DNA of 64,000 nucleotides from sequence record JN849462.1; one strand, 5' to 3'. Shown piece by piece: positions 50,111 to 57,654 of this stretch (position 1 is its first letter; each line of letters starts with the position of its first letter). The notes under the pieces were generated by a model. It saw only the letters and a program-made list of their open reading frames with translations, ran no database searches and was not told where the DNA came from. The position numbers and the translations under genes were made by a program.

Positions 50111-50357
50111 AGACATTCGAGAATTGTTTTATCGTCTTTCCTTAAATCTCAATTGACTATCTCGATGTTTCTCATCAAGAGAATACCCATGATTCGGCAT
50201 GAGACCTATTTCGTTTAACAGTACGAACACCGTCTTAATGGTCATTTCCTACCACGAGAATGCGACAGGCTCACGTCATCACTGAGAAAGCAGCTAGTGC
50301 GCCTCATTACTATTAAAGTTTGCTTCTTTGATTAGTAATAGTTGCTGTACAATGTCT
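50111..50357 (-). ncRNA. about 247-nt CAGCAA-motif RNA A
   Basis: Terminal AGACAUU/AAUGUCU helix followed by GUA-CAGCAA; 3' block homologous to RNA B. Confidence 0.65.
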
Positions 50358-50368
50358 TATTGCGAAAT

Positions 50369-50457
50369 TGGCGGAGATACTGGGAATCGAACCCAGAGAA
50401 CGCTATTAACGTCCGACACCTTAGCAGGGTGCTGTCATACCTTTAGACCATATCTCC
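50369..50457 (-). tRNA. tRNA-Ser(GCT)
   Basis: Cloverleaf, long variable arm, CCA. Confidence 0.9.
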
Positions 50458-50462
50458 GTAGA

Positions 50463-50642
50463 TCATTTCTTACCACGCTCTGCTTTGCTAATCTCGACAG
50501 CAGCGATTTGCGCGTTGGCTTCTTTCTCAGTGTCATGAGTACCAAGTACTCGACCTTTAGATGAAAGAGCAACCCATTTGTCGCCACGCTTCTCGACTTT
50601 CTCAACAAGCTTGTGGTATTCATCAAACGTTTTAAGTTTCAT
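50463..50642 (-). CDS. 59-aa late protein (absent from the ORF track)
   Basis: TATAAATA at 50668-50675; MKLKTFDEYHKLVEKVEKRGDKWVALSSKGRVLGTH. Confidence 0.6.
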   Translation of the reverse strand: MKLKTFDEYHKLVEKVEKRGDKWVALSSKGRVLGTHDTEKEANAQIAAVEISKAERGKK

Positions 50643-50898
50643 TTGTCATCCCTCAGTTAGTTTATTGTATTTATAACTGAACGACTTTTAAACAGTGGCA
50701 TGCTGCTCTCATGCTCAGACACATATTTGCTCTTATTGCAGGCGTGTGCCACGCGCAGCGCAGATCCCTTTTGATAATTTAATGACCAGCGGGACTCTTA
50801 GCAGGTCTTACACATAGCCTTTCAGCTATATCTTCTTTTAAGACCATAGTGTCGTACGGTCTAATCACTCTCTTTCGATTCGCGTTGCTAAGTGAATT

Positions 50899-50975
50899 TG
50901 GTGCCCAACCCGAGATTCGAACTCGGATCATCTAGTGTTTGAAACTAGCGCCTCTGCCAATTGGACTAGTTGGGC
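50899..50975 (-). tRNA. tRNA-Leu(CAA), short variable loop
   Basis: Cloverleaf, loop TTCAAAC, CCA. Confidence 0.85.
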
Positions 50976-51090
50976 TTGAATGAGCTGCCGCAACTCTTTA
51001 ATCCCTAACGCCTGTCAGCTTTCGCCCGGCTGAGACCGTTTTCAACGGCGGTAGTCTAGCTTCGTGTAGAACGCGGCTTATGCTAGAGTT

Positions 51091-51167
51091 TGGTACGCAC
51101 GGGCGGATTCGAACCGCCATCCCTGAGATTTTAAGCCTCATGCCTCTGCCAATTGGACCACGTGCGC
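51091..51167 (-). tRNA. tRNA-Leu(TAA), short variable loop
   Basis: Loop CTTAAAA, CCA. Confidence 0.88.
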
Positions 51168-51169
51168 AG

Positions 51170-51243
51170 TGGAGCCCGAACAGAGAATCGAACTCTGACC
51201 GCGGGATTTGCAATCCCTCATACTTCCATTATACGATTCGGGC
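51170..51243 (-). tRNA. tRNA-Cys(GCA)
   Basis: Loop TTGCAAA, U73, CCA. Confidence 0.88.
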
Positions 51244-51346
51244 AATTTGTTAGTGCATTGCATGGACTACTGGCGATCTTAATGGGTATCTCAAGCATTC
51301 AGAATTCCCATGCGCTACTACAATGCTTTTTTCGCTAAATGCACTT

Positions 51347-51426
51347 TGGGGTGACAGACGGGGATCGAACCCGCATCTTCCGGAATCACAACCCGGGGGT
51401 ATTTCCACTTCACCCACTGCCACACC
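51347..51426 (-). tRNA. tRNA-His(GTG)
   Basis: Loop TTGTGAT, G-1/C73, CCA. Confidence 0.85.
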
Positions 51427-51477
51427 AAAGTACACTTTGGGATGTTTACGACATCAAACGAATGCGCTCCCTGTGCA

Positions 51478-51717
51478 TTAATCAGTTTTCTTTAAGTAGA
51501 TACTATCAGGCGATAGCTCTCTCGTAAACATATTTTTGAAATAAATTTCGATGTCATCAGAAGTTGTTGAAGACTCAATTTCAAGAGCACGTTCTAAAAT
51601 CTTACCGCGTTTATAACCAGCGCGCCAACAGTCAAACATAAGTCTGTCCATGCGTTTCAGTTTTTCAATTTGGTTTTGATTTACGTATTCGTGAGTTTCA
51701 AGTAATACAGGCGTCAT
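51478..51717 (-). CDS. hypothetical protein in the tRNA cluster
   Basis: GAG RBS; fills an inter-tRNA gap. Confidence 0.45.
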   Translation of the reverse strand: MTPVLLETHEYVNQNQIEKLKRMDRLMFDCWRAGYKRGKILERALEIESSTTSDDIEIYFKNMFTRELSPDSIYLKKTD

Positions 51718-51740
51718 AATTTATTTCTCATCATAAAGAA

Positions 51741-51814
51741 TGGTAGTCCCTAGTGGAATCGAGCCACTTCTTTCTCTGTGTAAAAGAGACGTACTGCCAT
51801 TATACTAAGGGACC
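51741..51814 (-). tRNA. tRNA-Val(TAC)
   Basis: Loop TTTACAC, CCA. Confidence 0.88.
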
Positions 51815-51819
51815 AAAAT

Positions 51820-51893
51820 TGGAGCGGGTACACGGACTCGAACCGAGACGAACGACTTGGAAGGACGTCATGCTACCATTACATCATACCCGC
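51820..51893 (-). tRNA. tRNA-Gly(TCC)
   Basis: Loop CTTCCAA, U73, CCA. Confidence 0.88.
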
Positions 51894-52080
51894 ATTGTTA
51901 ATCTGAAGCGTCGAACAAATCACGTATTGCACGCAGATTCGTAAGCTCTACAGTAAGTGTTCTTATAAAGAACGGGTTGGTCTCTTTCGCGAGACGATTT
52001 TCAACACAGCGAATCTTATCGCGTATGTTGCCCTTGCTTAGTGTAAAGTAGTCATGCTTCTTATCCTCTTTGCTTGAATT

Positions 52081-52157
52081 TGGTGGAGACACCGATACTC
52101 GAAATCGGATCTAATGGCTTATGAGACCATTGCTCTACCACTTGAGCTACATCTCCA
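52081..52157 (-). tRNA. tRNA-Met(CAT), elongator-like
   Basis: Loop CTCATAA, CCA. Confidence 0.85.
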
Positions 52158-52193
52158 AAATCAGTAATTAACTCATTTAATCGCACACGGGCT

Positions 52194-52365
52194 GACACCA
52201 TATATTCATGGTCTGAGCGAGGAACCACATAGTGGGTACTGTCACCTCATCTTAGTTTTGATTGTTTTACATGACGATAACTAGAAACGTTCATAATAAT
52301 GCCACGCGATACTTCCTGTATCACGGCTAACTGAGTTAGCAAACTTGCCTTGCGGCTGTAGTGTC
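52194..52365 (-). ncRNA. about 172-nt structured RNA C, variant motif
   Basis: Terminal GACAC/GUGUC; UACAG-CCGCAAGG-CAA; several internal hairpins. Confidence 0.4.
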
Positions 52366-52385
52366 GTTTCCGACGAATTAAGTAC

Positions 52386-52599
52386 AGACAATACCGAAGT
52401 GTTTTTTCGTCTTTTGCATTAATCGGAGTTGACTAGCTTATTGATTCTCAACAAGCAAATATCGTCTGTTTCAGCGACGCGCCTATCTGACTATTTCTAG
52501 GCAGAGAGAATCTTTCCTTTCAAGCTGCGCCGAAGCACTGCCCAGGTTAAGATCATTACCATTTTTAAGTAATTTTCAATTGTTTGCTGTATATTGTCT
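52386..52599 (-). ncRNA. about 214-nt CAGCAA-motif RNA B (paralog of A)
   Basis: AGACAAU/AUUGUCU helix followed by AUA-CAGCAA; shared 3' block. Confidence 0.65.
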
Positions 52600-52660
52600 C
52601 TCTACCATACTCATGATATGCCGAAGCAAAGTATCATTCGCCGCATGATAGAGCTTAATT

Positions 52661-52736
52661 TGGCACGCCGTATGAGATTCGAACTCATAACCCCATCCTT
52701 AGAAGGGACGTGCTCTTCCAATTGAGCTAACAGCGC
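52661..52736 (-). tRNA. tRNA-Arg(TCT)
   Basis: Loop CTTCTAA, CCA. Confidence 0.9.
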
Positions 52737-52812
52737 ATTAAAAGAATTCGATCCATGAGCTATTGCGCAGACGATGGTAGTAAAGAGACTCTGCACTCAT
52801 GTGATCGAAATT

Positions 52813-52887
52813 TGGTGGACACGCAGGGAGTCGAACCCTATCTTCCTCATTGCAAGTGAGGCGCTTTCCCAATTAAGCTAACGGCCC
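52813..52887 (-). tRNA. tRNA-Ala(TGC), irregular acceptor stem
   Basis: Loop CTTGCAA, G3:U70, CCA; the base of the acceptor stem pairs imperfectly. Confidence 0.8.
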
Positions 52888-52898
52888 AATGTTCGTTT

Positions 52899-53108
52899 TT
52901 ACAACTGTGTGATTGAGATATGATCCCAGCCGTATAAACCTTCAAGTTCTTCAATAGGCTCACAAACAATGTCAGAAATATATTCAGCAACTTTTGCTTC
53001 AATTTCTTCATCAGATAGCTTTTCATCAATTGCAAAAGCATCTTCATTATTGTTGCCACCGAAATAGCCACCAATGTCATATTCACACCATACTGAAATA
53101 TAGTTCAT
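52899..53108 (-). CDS. acidic hypothetical protein
   Basis: GAG RBS; fills an inter-tRNA gap. Confidence 0.5.
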   Translation of the reverse strand: MNYISVWCEYDIGGYFGGNNNEDAFAIDEKLSDEEIEAKVAEYISDIVCEPIEELEGLYGWDHISITQL

Positions 53109-53132
53109 GTTATTCTCACAGTTGTTTGAAAA

Positions 53133-53208
53133 TGGTGCCCTGACACGGATTTGAACCGCGAACCTGCTCATTACAAGTGAGCTGCACTGCCAATTGTGCT
53201 ATCAGGGC
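53133..53208 (-). tRNA. tRNA-Thr(TGT)
   Basis: Loop CTTGTAA, CCA. Confidence 0.9.
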
Positions 53209-53214
53209 GTTACT

Positions 53215-53327
53215 GAGTGTTATTACTTGCGTCGTCCAGACCAGAGATACCAACTCTGAAAGGGAATCGAACCCCAAACATTTCTTTTCGTAAGAAGAAT
53301 ATTAGTAATTGTTTGCTGAAAACACTC
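53215..53327 (-). ncRNA. YrlA-like circularly permuted tRNA mimic carrying the CAGCAA motif
   Basis: GAGUGUU/AACACUC stem, UU-CAGCAA bulge, AUUACU/AGUAAU helix; interior T-arm, closed hairpin and D-like loop. Confidence 0.65.
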
Positions 53328-53336
53328 TTCGGTATT

Positions 53337-53410
53337 TGGCAGGGGATAACGGATTCGAACCGGTACTGCGTGAGTCAAAGTCACGTATGCTGCCTTTACA
53401 TCAATCCCCT
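53337..53410 (-). tRNA. tRNA-Gln(TTG)
   Basis: Loop CTTTGAC, CCA. Confidence 0.88.
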
Positions 53411-53429
53411 ATTATTCTTAAATTATCTT

Positions 53430-53505
53430 TGGCGGAACCGACGGGTTTCGAACCCGCTACCTTCTCCGTGACAGGGAGACATGCAACCACTTACACCTCG
53501 GCTCC
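53430..53505 (-). tRNA. tRNA-Asp(GTC)
   Basis: Loop CTGTCAC, G73, CCA. Confidence 0.9.
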
Positions 53506-53727
53506 CCAAAGACAACTTAACGTTGCTTTGTGCTCGTGCAAACCAAACACTAGCTGAACGACTTCTTGATTTCTTAGTTGTACTACACATTCCCTCGCTA
53601 AAGGGCGTCATCGTTCTTGTTTTTAACAAATGCTATGAAAGTGAGATCTTGCTATGCAGGAGGTTTCAAATCTCTGCACACAAGCAGACATCGCAACCAA
53701 CGCTCTCAAACATTGTCATGGTCAAAC

Positions 53728-53803
53728 TGGCGCCTTATGTTGGACTCGAACCAACGACTCTCCGGTTAACAGCCAGACACTCTACCGACTGAGTTAATAA
53801 GGC
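53728..53803 (-). tRNA. tRNA-Asn(GTT)
   Basis: Loop CTGTTAA, G73, CCA. Confidence 0.9.
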
Positions 53804-53809
53804 AAAATA

Positions 53810-53884
53810 TGGCGGGCGTGGAGAATTTCGAAATCTCGACCTGACGGTTAACAGCCGTCTGCTCTGCCTCTGAGCTACACACCC
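53810..53884 (-). tRNA. tRNA-Asn(GTT), second copy
   Basis: Loop CTGTTAA, G73, CCA. Confidence 0.88.
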
Positions 53885-53896
53885 TTTAAATTAAAC

Positions 53897-53954
53897 AGCA
53901 ATCCTTTTCTCTTTTTCCAAATAAAAGTTTTGTATTGTTTGCTGAAAGATTGCT
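53897..53954 (-). ncRNA. 58-nt minimal CAGCAA-motif RNA E
   Basis: AGCAAUC/GAUUGCU followed by UUU-CAGCAA. Confidence 0.5.
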
Positions 53955-54167
53955 TAATTCTGTTACGACGTAAACTGCTCGACTTTACAAGAGTCAACAT
54001 CGTCAAACTTTTCGATTCGTTTAGCTAACATTTTAGCCTTTCGCTCAATCGAGCGATCTTCGTAACCGAATTCAGATTTGTTATTGTCACAAGCTAATGC
54101 GCTCGACTTGACAACAGTCGAATCATTCATTACCATCACTAGTCTGTACATAAACACCTCTGATAAT

Positions 54168-54241
54168 TGGCAGGGACATAGAGATTCGAACTCTAACGAA
54201 CGGGTTTGGAATCCGTCATGCTGCCGTTACATCATGTCCCT
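54168..54241 (-). tRNA. tRNA-Trp(CCA)
   Basis: Loop TTCCAAA, G73, CCA. Confidence 0.88.
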
Positions 54242-54247
54242 AAAATT

Positions 54248-54321
54248 TGGTAGCCCCAGACAGACTCGAACTGTCAACGTGCGATTATCGGTCGCGTGTT
54301 TTACCGTTAAACTATGGAGCT
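54248..54321 (-). tRNA. tRNA-Ile(GAT)
   Basis: Loop CCGATAA (C33), CCA. Confidence 0.82.
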
Positions 54322-54385
54322 AAAGTGAGCACATTTCAGTGCTCGTGTTAATCGGTTAAGTGACTAAACTTCCCGGTTAACTAAT

Positions 54386-54484
54386 TGGCGGAAGACTAGG
54401 GATTCGAACCCTAACATCACCTCCCGGTGACCGACGGTTTTCAAGACCGTTGCCGCTACCCAGAATCTTTCGGCTAAGCCTTCC
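54386..54484 (-). tRNA. tRNA-Ser(TGA), enlarged D-loop
   Basis: Loop CTTGAAA, long variable arm, CCA. Confidence 0.85.
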
Positions 54485-54491
54485 ATTTGTT

Positions 54492-54568
54492 TGGATGCGT
54501 GAGGTTGGATTCGAACCAACGACCTTCGGCTTATGAGACCGATGAGCTAACCACTGCTCTACTCCGCA
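54492..54568 (-). tRNA. tRNA-Met(CAT), initiator-like D arm
   Basis: GTAGAGCAGTGGTTAGCTC, loop CTCATAA, CCA. Confidence 0.8.
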
Positions 54569-54980
54569 TTTGTTCTATTGTGTCAACTAAATCATAATCA
54601 GACAAAAAACGCATTCTTGTATCGTTAGTCTTATCACCAGACCAGAATGAAACTGTCTGATTGCAATCATCAACATTAATAAATGCATGTTGTTCAGTTT
54701 CGACATTATACAAGAAGAAATAATCACACATCCCCGAATAGGATATCTTATCTCTACGTCGATGACCTTGCTTCTTGTTAGTTTCTGATATAAATCTACG
54801 TTCATTGTGTATATCAACACGAAGAGATTTACATTGAACCCTCACAAGTTTTCCGTCGATGTCAATGATGAAGTCATAAGCTGCATTATCACCAATTGGC
54901 TGACTAACAGTTAATCCAAGTTTGGCGCATTCAAATACAAATTTAGACTCTATAATTTGCCCGAATTGTTTAGTATTCAT
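54531..54980 (-). mobile_element. PD-(D/E)XK endonuclease (group-I-intron-associated type), overlapping tRNA-Met
   Basis: GQIIE...VSQPIGDNAAYDFIID..GKLVRVQCKS. Confidence 0.75.
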
Positions 54981-55041
54981 AACGTATCCTTTATTTATTG
55001 CTATATCTCTATAGCGAAAGGTGCTACGCTTATTCGTATAC

Positions 55042-55128
55042 AGCTTGCGTTCTTTGGTCTGTTTATCGCTGTCTGAACTGAGTTCGCCGAGCGATCAATA
55101 GATTAAGTTGAATTGCAGTATGCAAGCT
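55042..55128 (-). ncRNA. 87-nt motif RNA F
   Basis: AGCUUGC/GCAAGCU followed by AUA-CUGCAA; inner AUCGCU/AGCGAU helix. Confidence 0.5.
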
Positions 55129-55133
55129 AAATT

Positions 55134-55219
55134 TGGTGGAGCGTAGAGGAATCGAACCTCTCTTCCCATTACGGGACACGGATTTACAGTCCGCTGCCGC
55201 ACCTTGCGGCTTACGCTCC
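55134..55219 (-). tRNA. tRNA-Tyr(GTA)
   Basis: Loop CTGTAAA, long variable arm, CCA. Confidence 0.9.
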
Positions 55220-55225
55220 AGAATT

Positions 55226-55299
55226 TGGTACTCGATACGGGAGTCGAACCCGTCCTACTTCCTTGAAAGGGAAGTGACCTACCGATAGTCGAATCGAGC
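55226..55299 (-). tRNA. tRNA-Glu(TTC)
   Basis: Loop CTTTCAA, CCA. Confidence 0.88.
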
Positions 55300-55362
55300 A
55301 TTAAATTGTATATTGATTTGCAAGCTAATCAACTCGCAAAGCGATACACAATGTATCTAATT

Positions 55363-55439
55363 TGGTACGCCGCCCTGGACTCGAACCAGACACCTGAGAG
55401 TTAAAAGCTCCCTGCTCTTCCATGATGAGCTACCGACGC
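55363..55439 (-). tRNA. tRNA-Lys(TTT)
   Basis: Loop CTTTTAA, CCA. Confidence 0.9.
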
Positions 55440-55450
55440 ATTATAAAATC

Positions 55451-55525
55451 TGGTGGGTCGCAAGAGATTCGAACTCTCACCGTTCTGGTTAAAAGCCAGA
55501 TGTACTACCGTTATACGAACGACCC
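55451..55525 (-). tRNA. tRNA-Lys(TTT), second copy
   Basis: Loop CTTTTAA, CCA. Confidence 0.9.
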
Positions 55526-55531
55526 AGAATG

Positions 55532-55606
55532 TGGTGCACCCCCTCGGAATCGAACCGAGCACTGCGGGACTTCAATCCGCCGCTTTTCCTGATAAGCTAA
55601 GGGTGC
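55532..55606 (-). tRNA. tRNA-Phe(GAA)
   Basis: Loop TTGAAGT, CCA. Confidence 0.85.
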
Positions 55607-55607
55607 A

Positions 55608-55685
55608 TGGTACGCAAGAAGAGATTCTAACTCTTAACTTCTGGTTTCTAAGACCAGTGCCTCTGCCAGATTGGGCTACTTGCGC
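55608..55685 (-). tRNA. tRNA-Leu(TAG), short variable loop, T-loop TTAGAAT
   Basis: Loop CTTAGAA, CCA. Confidence 0.82.
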
Positions 55686-55720
55686 ATTGTTTGTTTTTGA
55701 ACGTTACTTCGTTCTTCTTC

Positions 55721-55841
55721 ATTGTACATGATGTTTATATCGTTGTAAACATCTTTTTTGAAAAACTTTTCATTAACTTTTGAATGATATTTCGCTTTTC
55801 TCTATTGTACATGATGTTTATATCGTTGTAAACATCTTTTT
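55721..55841 (-). promoter_or_regulatory. tandem duplicated 38-bp early promoter with internal palindrome
   Basis: Identical AAAAAGATGTTTACAACGATATAAACATCATGTACAAT at 55721-55758 and 55804-55841; TTTACA-17-TACAAT. Confidence 0.75.
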
Positions 55842-55997
55842 AAATTTATTTTGAAGAACTTAACGTTTTCATTTTTCTATGTGTTAATCTTAACACTCGC
55901 TCAAGACATCTTAAACACTAATTTGTGAAAAAGTTCGTTAAATTCTATCATCACGACAGTACTTAACGAGATACGGTCCTAAGCGTATCATATCAAT

Positions 55998-56123
55998 TCA
56001 GAATGGTGAGACTTGAACTCACTTCGAGTAATAGCGTAAACTAACAGTTGTTGCCAGAGGCTATCAATTATTCTCTACCGAGTATGTTGCAACTCTGCAT
56101 TTCCCCATTTCTAGGCATTCTGA
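55998..56123 (-). ncRNA. 126-nt tRNA-like RNA with expanded anticodon arm, no CCA
   Basis: UCAGAAU/AUUCUGA acceptor, D-like loop and GUGAG-UUCAAGU-CUCAC T-arm. Confidence 0.5.
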
Positions 56124-56127
56124 AATA

Positions 56128-56203
56128 TGGCACCCAATACAAGATTCGAACTTGTAACCTTCGCCTTCGTAGGGCGCTGCTCTTCCAATTGAGCTAATCG
56201 GGC
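56128..56203 (-). tRNA. tRNA-Arg(ACG)
   Basis: Loop CTACGAA, CCA. Confidence 0.9.
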
Positions 56204-56211
56204 ATTAAAAC

Positions 56212-56288
56212 TGGTCCGTGACAAGCGATTCGAACGCTTAACTTCTCCGCCCCAAACGGAGTACTCTACCAGATTGAGCTAGTCACGG
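56212..56288 (-). tRNA. tRNA-Pro(TGG)
   Basis: Loop TTTGGGG, C1-G72, A73, CCA. Confidence 0.88.
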
Positions 56289-56297
56289 ATTTTAAAT

Positions 56298-56371
56298 TGG
56301 TCGGGACGAAGAGACTCGAACTCTTACCACATGCTCCCAAAGCATGAACGCTGCCTTTACGCCACGTCCCG
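56298..56371 (-). tRNA. tRNA-Pro(TGG), second copy
   Basis: Loop TTTGGGA, CCA. Confidence 0.88.
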
Positions 56372-56445
56372 TTTGTTCTTTAACTTTGTTTATCATACTC
56401 TGCTTTCAAAGTACGTTAAACAAAATTTTTTGATTTCCTTCGCCC

Positions 56446-56471
56446 ATAAAAAAGGACGCTACGTGCGTCCT
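56446..56471 (-). terminator. intrinsic terminator
   Basis: AGGACGC-ACGTA-GCGTCCT followed by a T-run. Confidence 0.7.
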
Positions 56472-56739
56472 CAAGTATACTTCTATGTTATACTATTGGA
56501 CTACGTTTGTGGAGACCACTCTTGTTTCGCACACGGATTCGCTAGATACACGAATTCTGAGCGCAGAAAATCGCTGCGTAAAATCATATCAGAATGTGTA
56601 TTCGAATGTGTCATGGAAACTCTCTAAACGTTAAAATAAAAATGTTTTTGTTTGTATAATAGTACTTATAACACCAAATTTGACGATTTGCGGTATTTTC
56701 GCAGAAAATTGAAAAAAAATTCAATTTTCTGCGATTTTC

Positions 56740-56973
56740 TTATCGACCTAGGTGTTTTCGCTTGTTCATTTCAACGAGAATTTCATCGTTGTAATGGCGG
56801 TTCAGTTCAACATACTTCTTGTGTTGATCTGAAGTCAACTCGTTAGTGTCATTCAGATGCTTCAAGAACCCAAGAGGTTTGCGAAACGACTTGCGATATT
56901 CGTTCAGACGTTCGTCCGTTAGATTATGCAGTTGTTTCGGAGTCAGTAACGTTTTATTGATGTCAAAACTCAT
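56740..56973 (-). CDS. hypothetical protein
   Basis: GAGG RBS; basic ORF. Confidence 0.45.
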   Translation of the reverse strand: MSFDINKTLLTPKQLHNLTDERLNEYRKSFRKPLGFLKHLNDTNELTSDQHKKYVELNRHYNDEILVEMNKRKHLGR

Positions 56974-56998
56974 GTTGTACCTCACTTGTTATTAAAAT

Positions 56999-57114
56999 TG
57001 GTAGTCGGGGCTGGATTCGAACCAGCGACCACGTGCTTAACAGGCAATTGAAGGAGTGCTGGAGCGATACTTGTCAGTATCATTCTTCGTGCTCTACCAC
57101 TGAGCTACCCGACT
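56999..57114 (-). ncRNA. tRNA-Asn(GTT)-shaped RNA with a 41-nt insert in the anticodon stem
   Basis: Intact acceptor, D and T arms and CCA; insert between positions 28 and 29 carries a hairpin plus CAGCAC; loop CUGUUAA retained; A73. Confidence 0.75.
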
Positions 57115-57119
57115 ATGAA

Positions 57120-57641
57120 TTATTTAACTTTGAACTTCAAATTACGCCAGTCAAAGTTTCGTTTGTTCTTTGTGCTATAGAACGTGCCCCAATCAATAGC
57201 AATAGGACAGTTCTTACTCCCCACACGAGCGATAAAGACATCGTGAGTCTCGCTGTAACGCTCTCTAAGCTCTTTTACGCGCTTATCGTAGTTAGCGATA
57301 TACTCTGCACAAGCTTTGTTATAATCAGCTTTAGAGAAGCGTTCATTGCTTGCAAAGACACGTCCAAGGTACGGTCGAATAACACGCACTCGCTCTTTAG
57401 ACCAGCCCATACTGAAGCTGTTTTCAATCTCACCGACAATTTTACCAGTCTTCTTACATCTAGCAAGAATAACCCAACAACGCTCACGTCGAAAATCTTT
57501 TCGTACGTACACGTTAACGTGCTTGTCAATGTACTCTTGGTAACGAGCGTTATACTCAGCACGCAGTTTATTGCGTACTTCAGGAGACATTGCAGCGCGT
57601 TCTTCTTTCGAAAACGCTTGTGCGAATTTCAATGGTTTCAT
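57120..57641 (-). CDS. hypothetical basic protein
   Basis: GAGG RBS. Confidence 0.55.
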   Translation of the reverse strand: MKPLKFAQAFSKEERAAMSPEVRNKLRAEYNARYQEYIDKHVNVYVRKDFRRERCWVILARCKKTGKIVGEIENSFSMGWSKERVRVIRPYLGRVFASNERFSKADYNKACAEYIANYDKRVKELRERYSETHDVFIARVGSKNCPIAIDWGTFYSTKNKRNFDWRNLKFKVK

Positions 57642-57654
57642 TATAATTTCCTCT

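Noticed and set aside
50160-50290. Hammerhead-like words (UGAUGA...GAAA) in RNA A
   Set aside because: No CUGAUGA core with the three required helices could be built.
55301-55360. Spacer hairpins as another CAGCAA-motif copy
   Set aside because: It has UUGCAAAUC but no helix-NNN-CWGCAA arrangement.
50328-56627. Track ORFs overlapping tRNAs (e.g. 50328, 50998, 52611, 53481, 55453, 56331)
   Set aside because: They read through or antisense to tRNA genes and lack RBSs.
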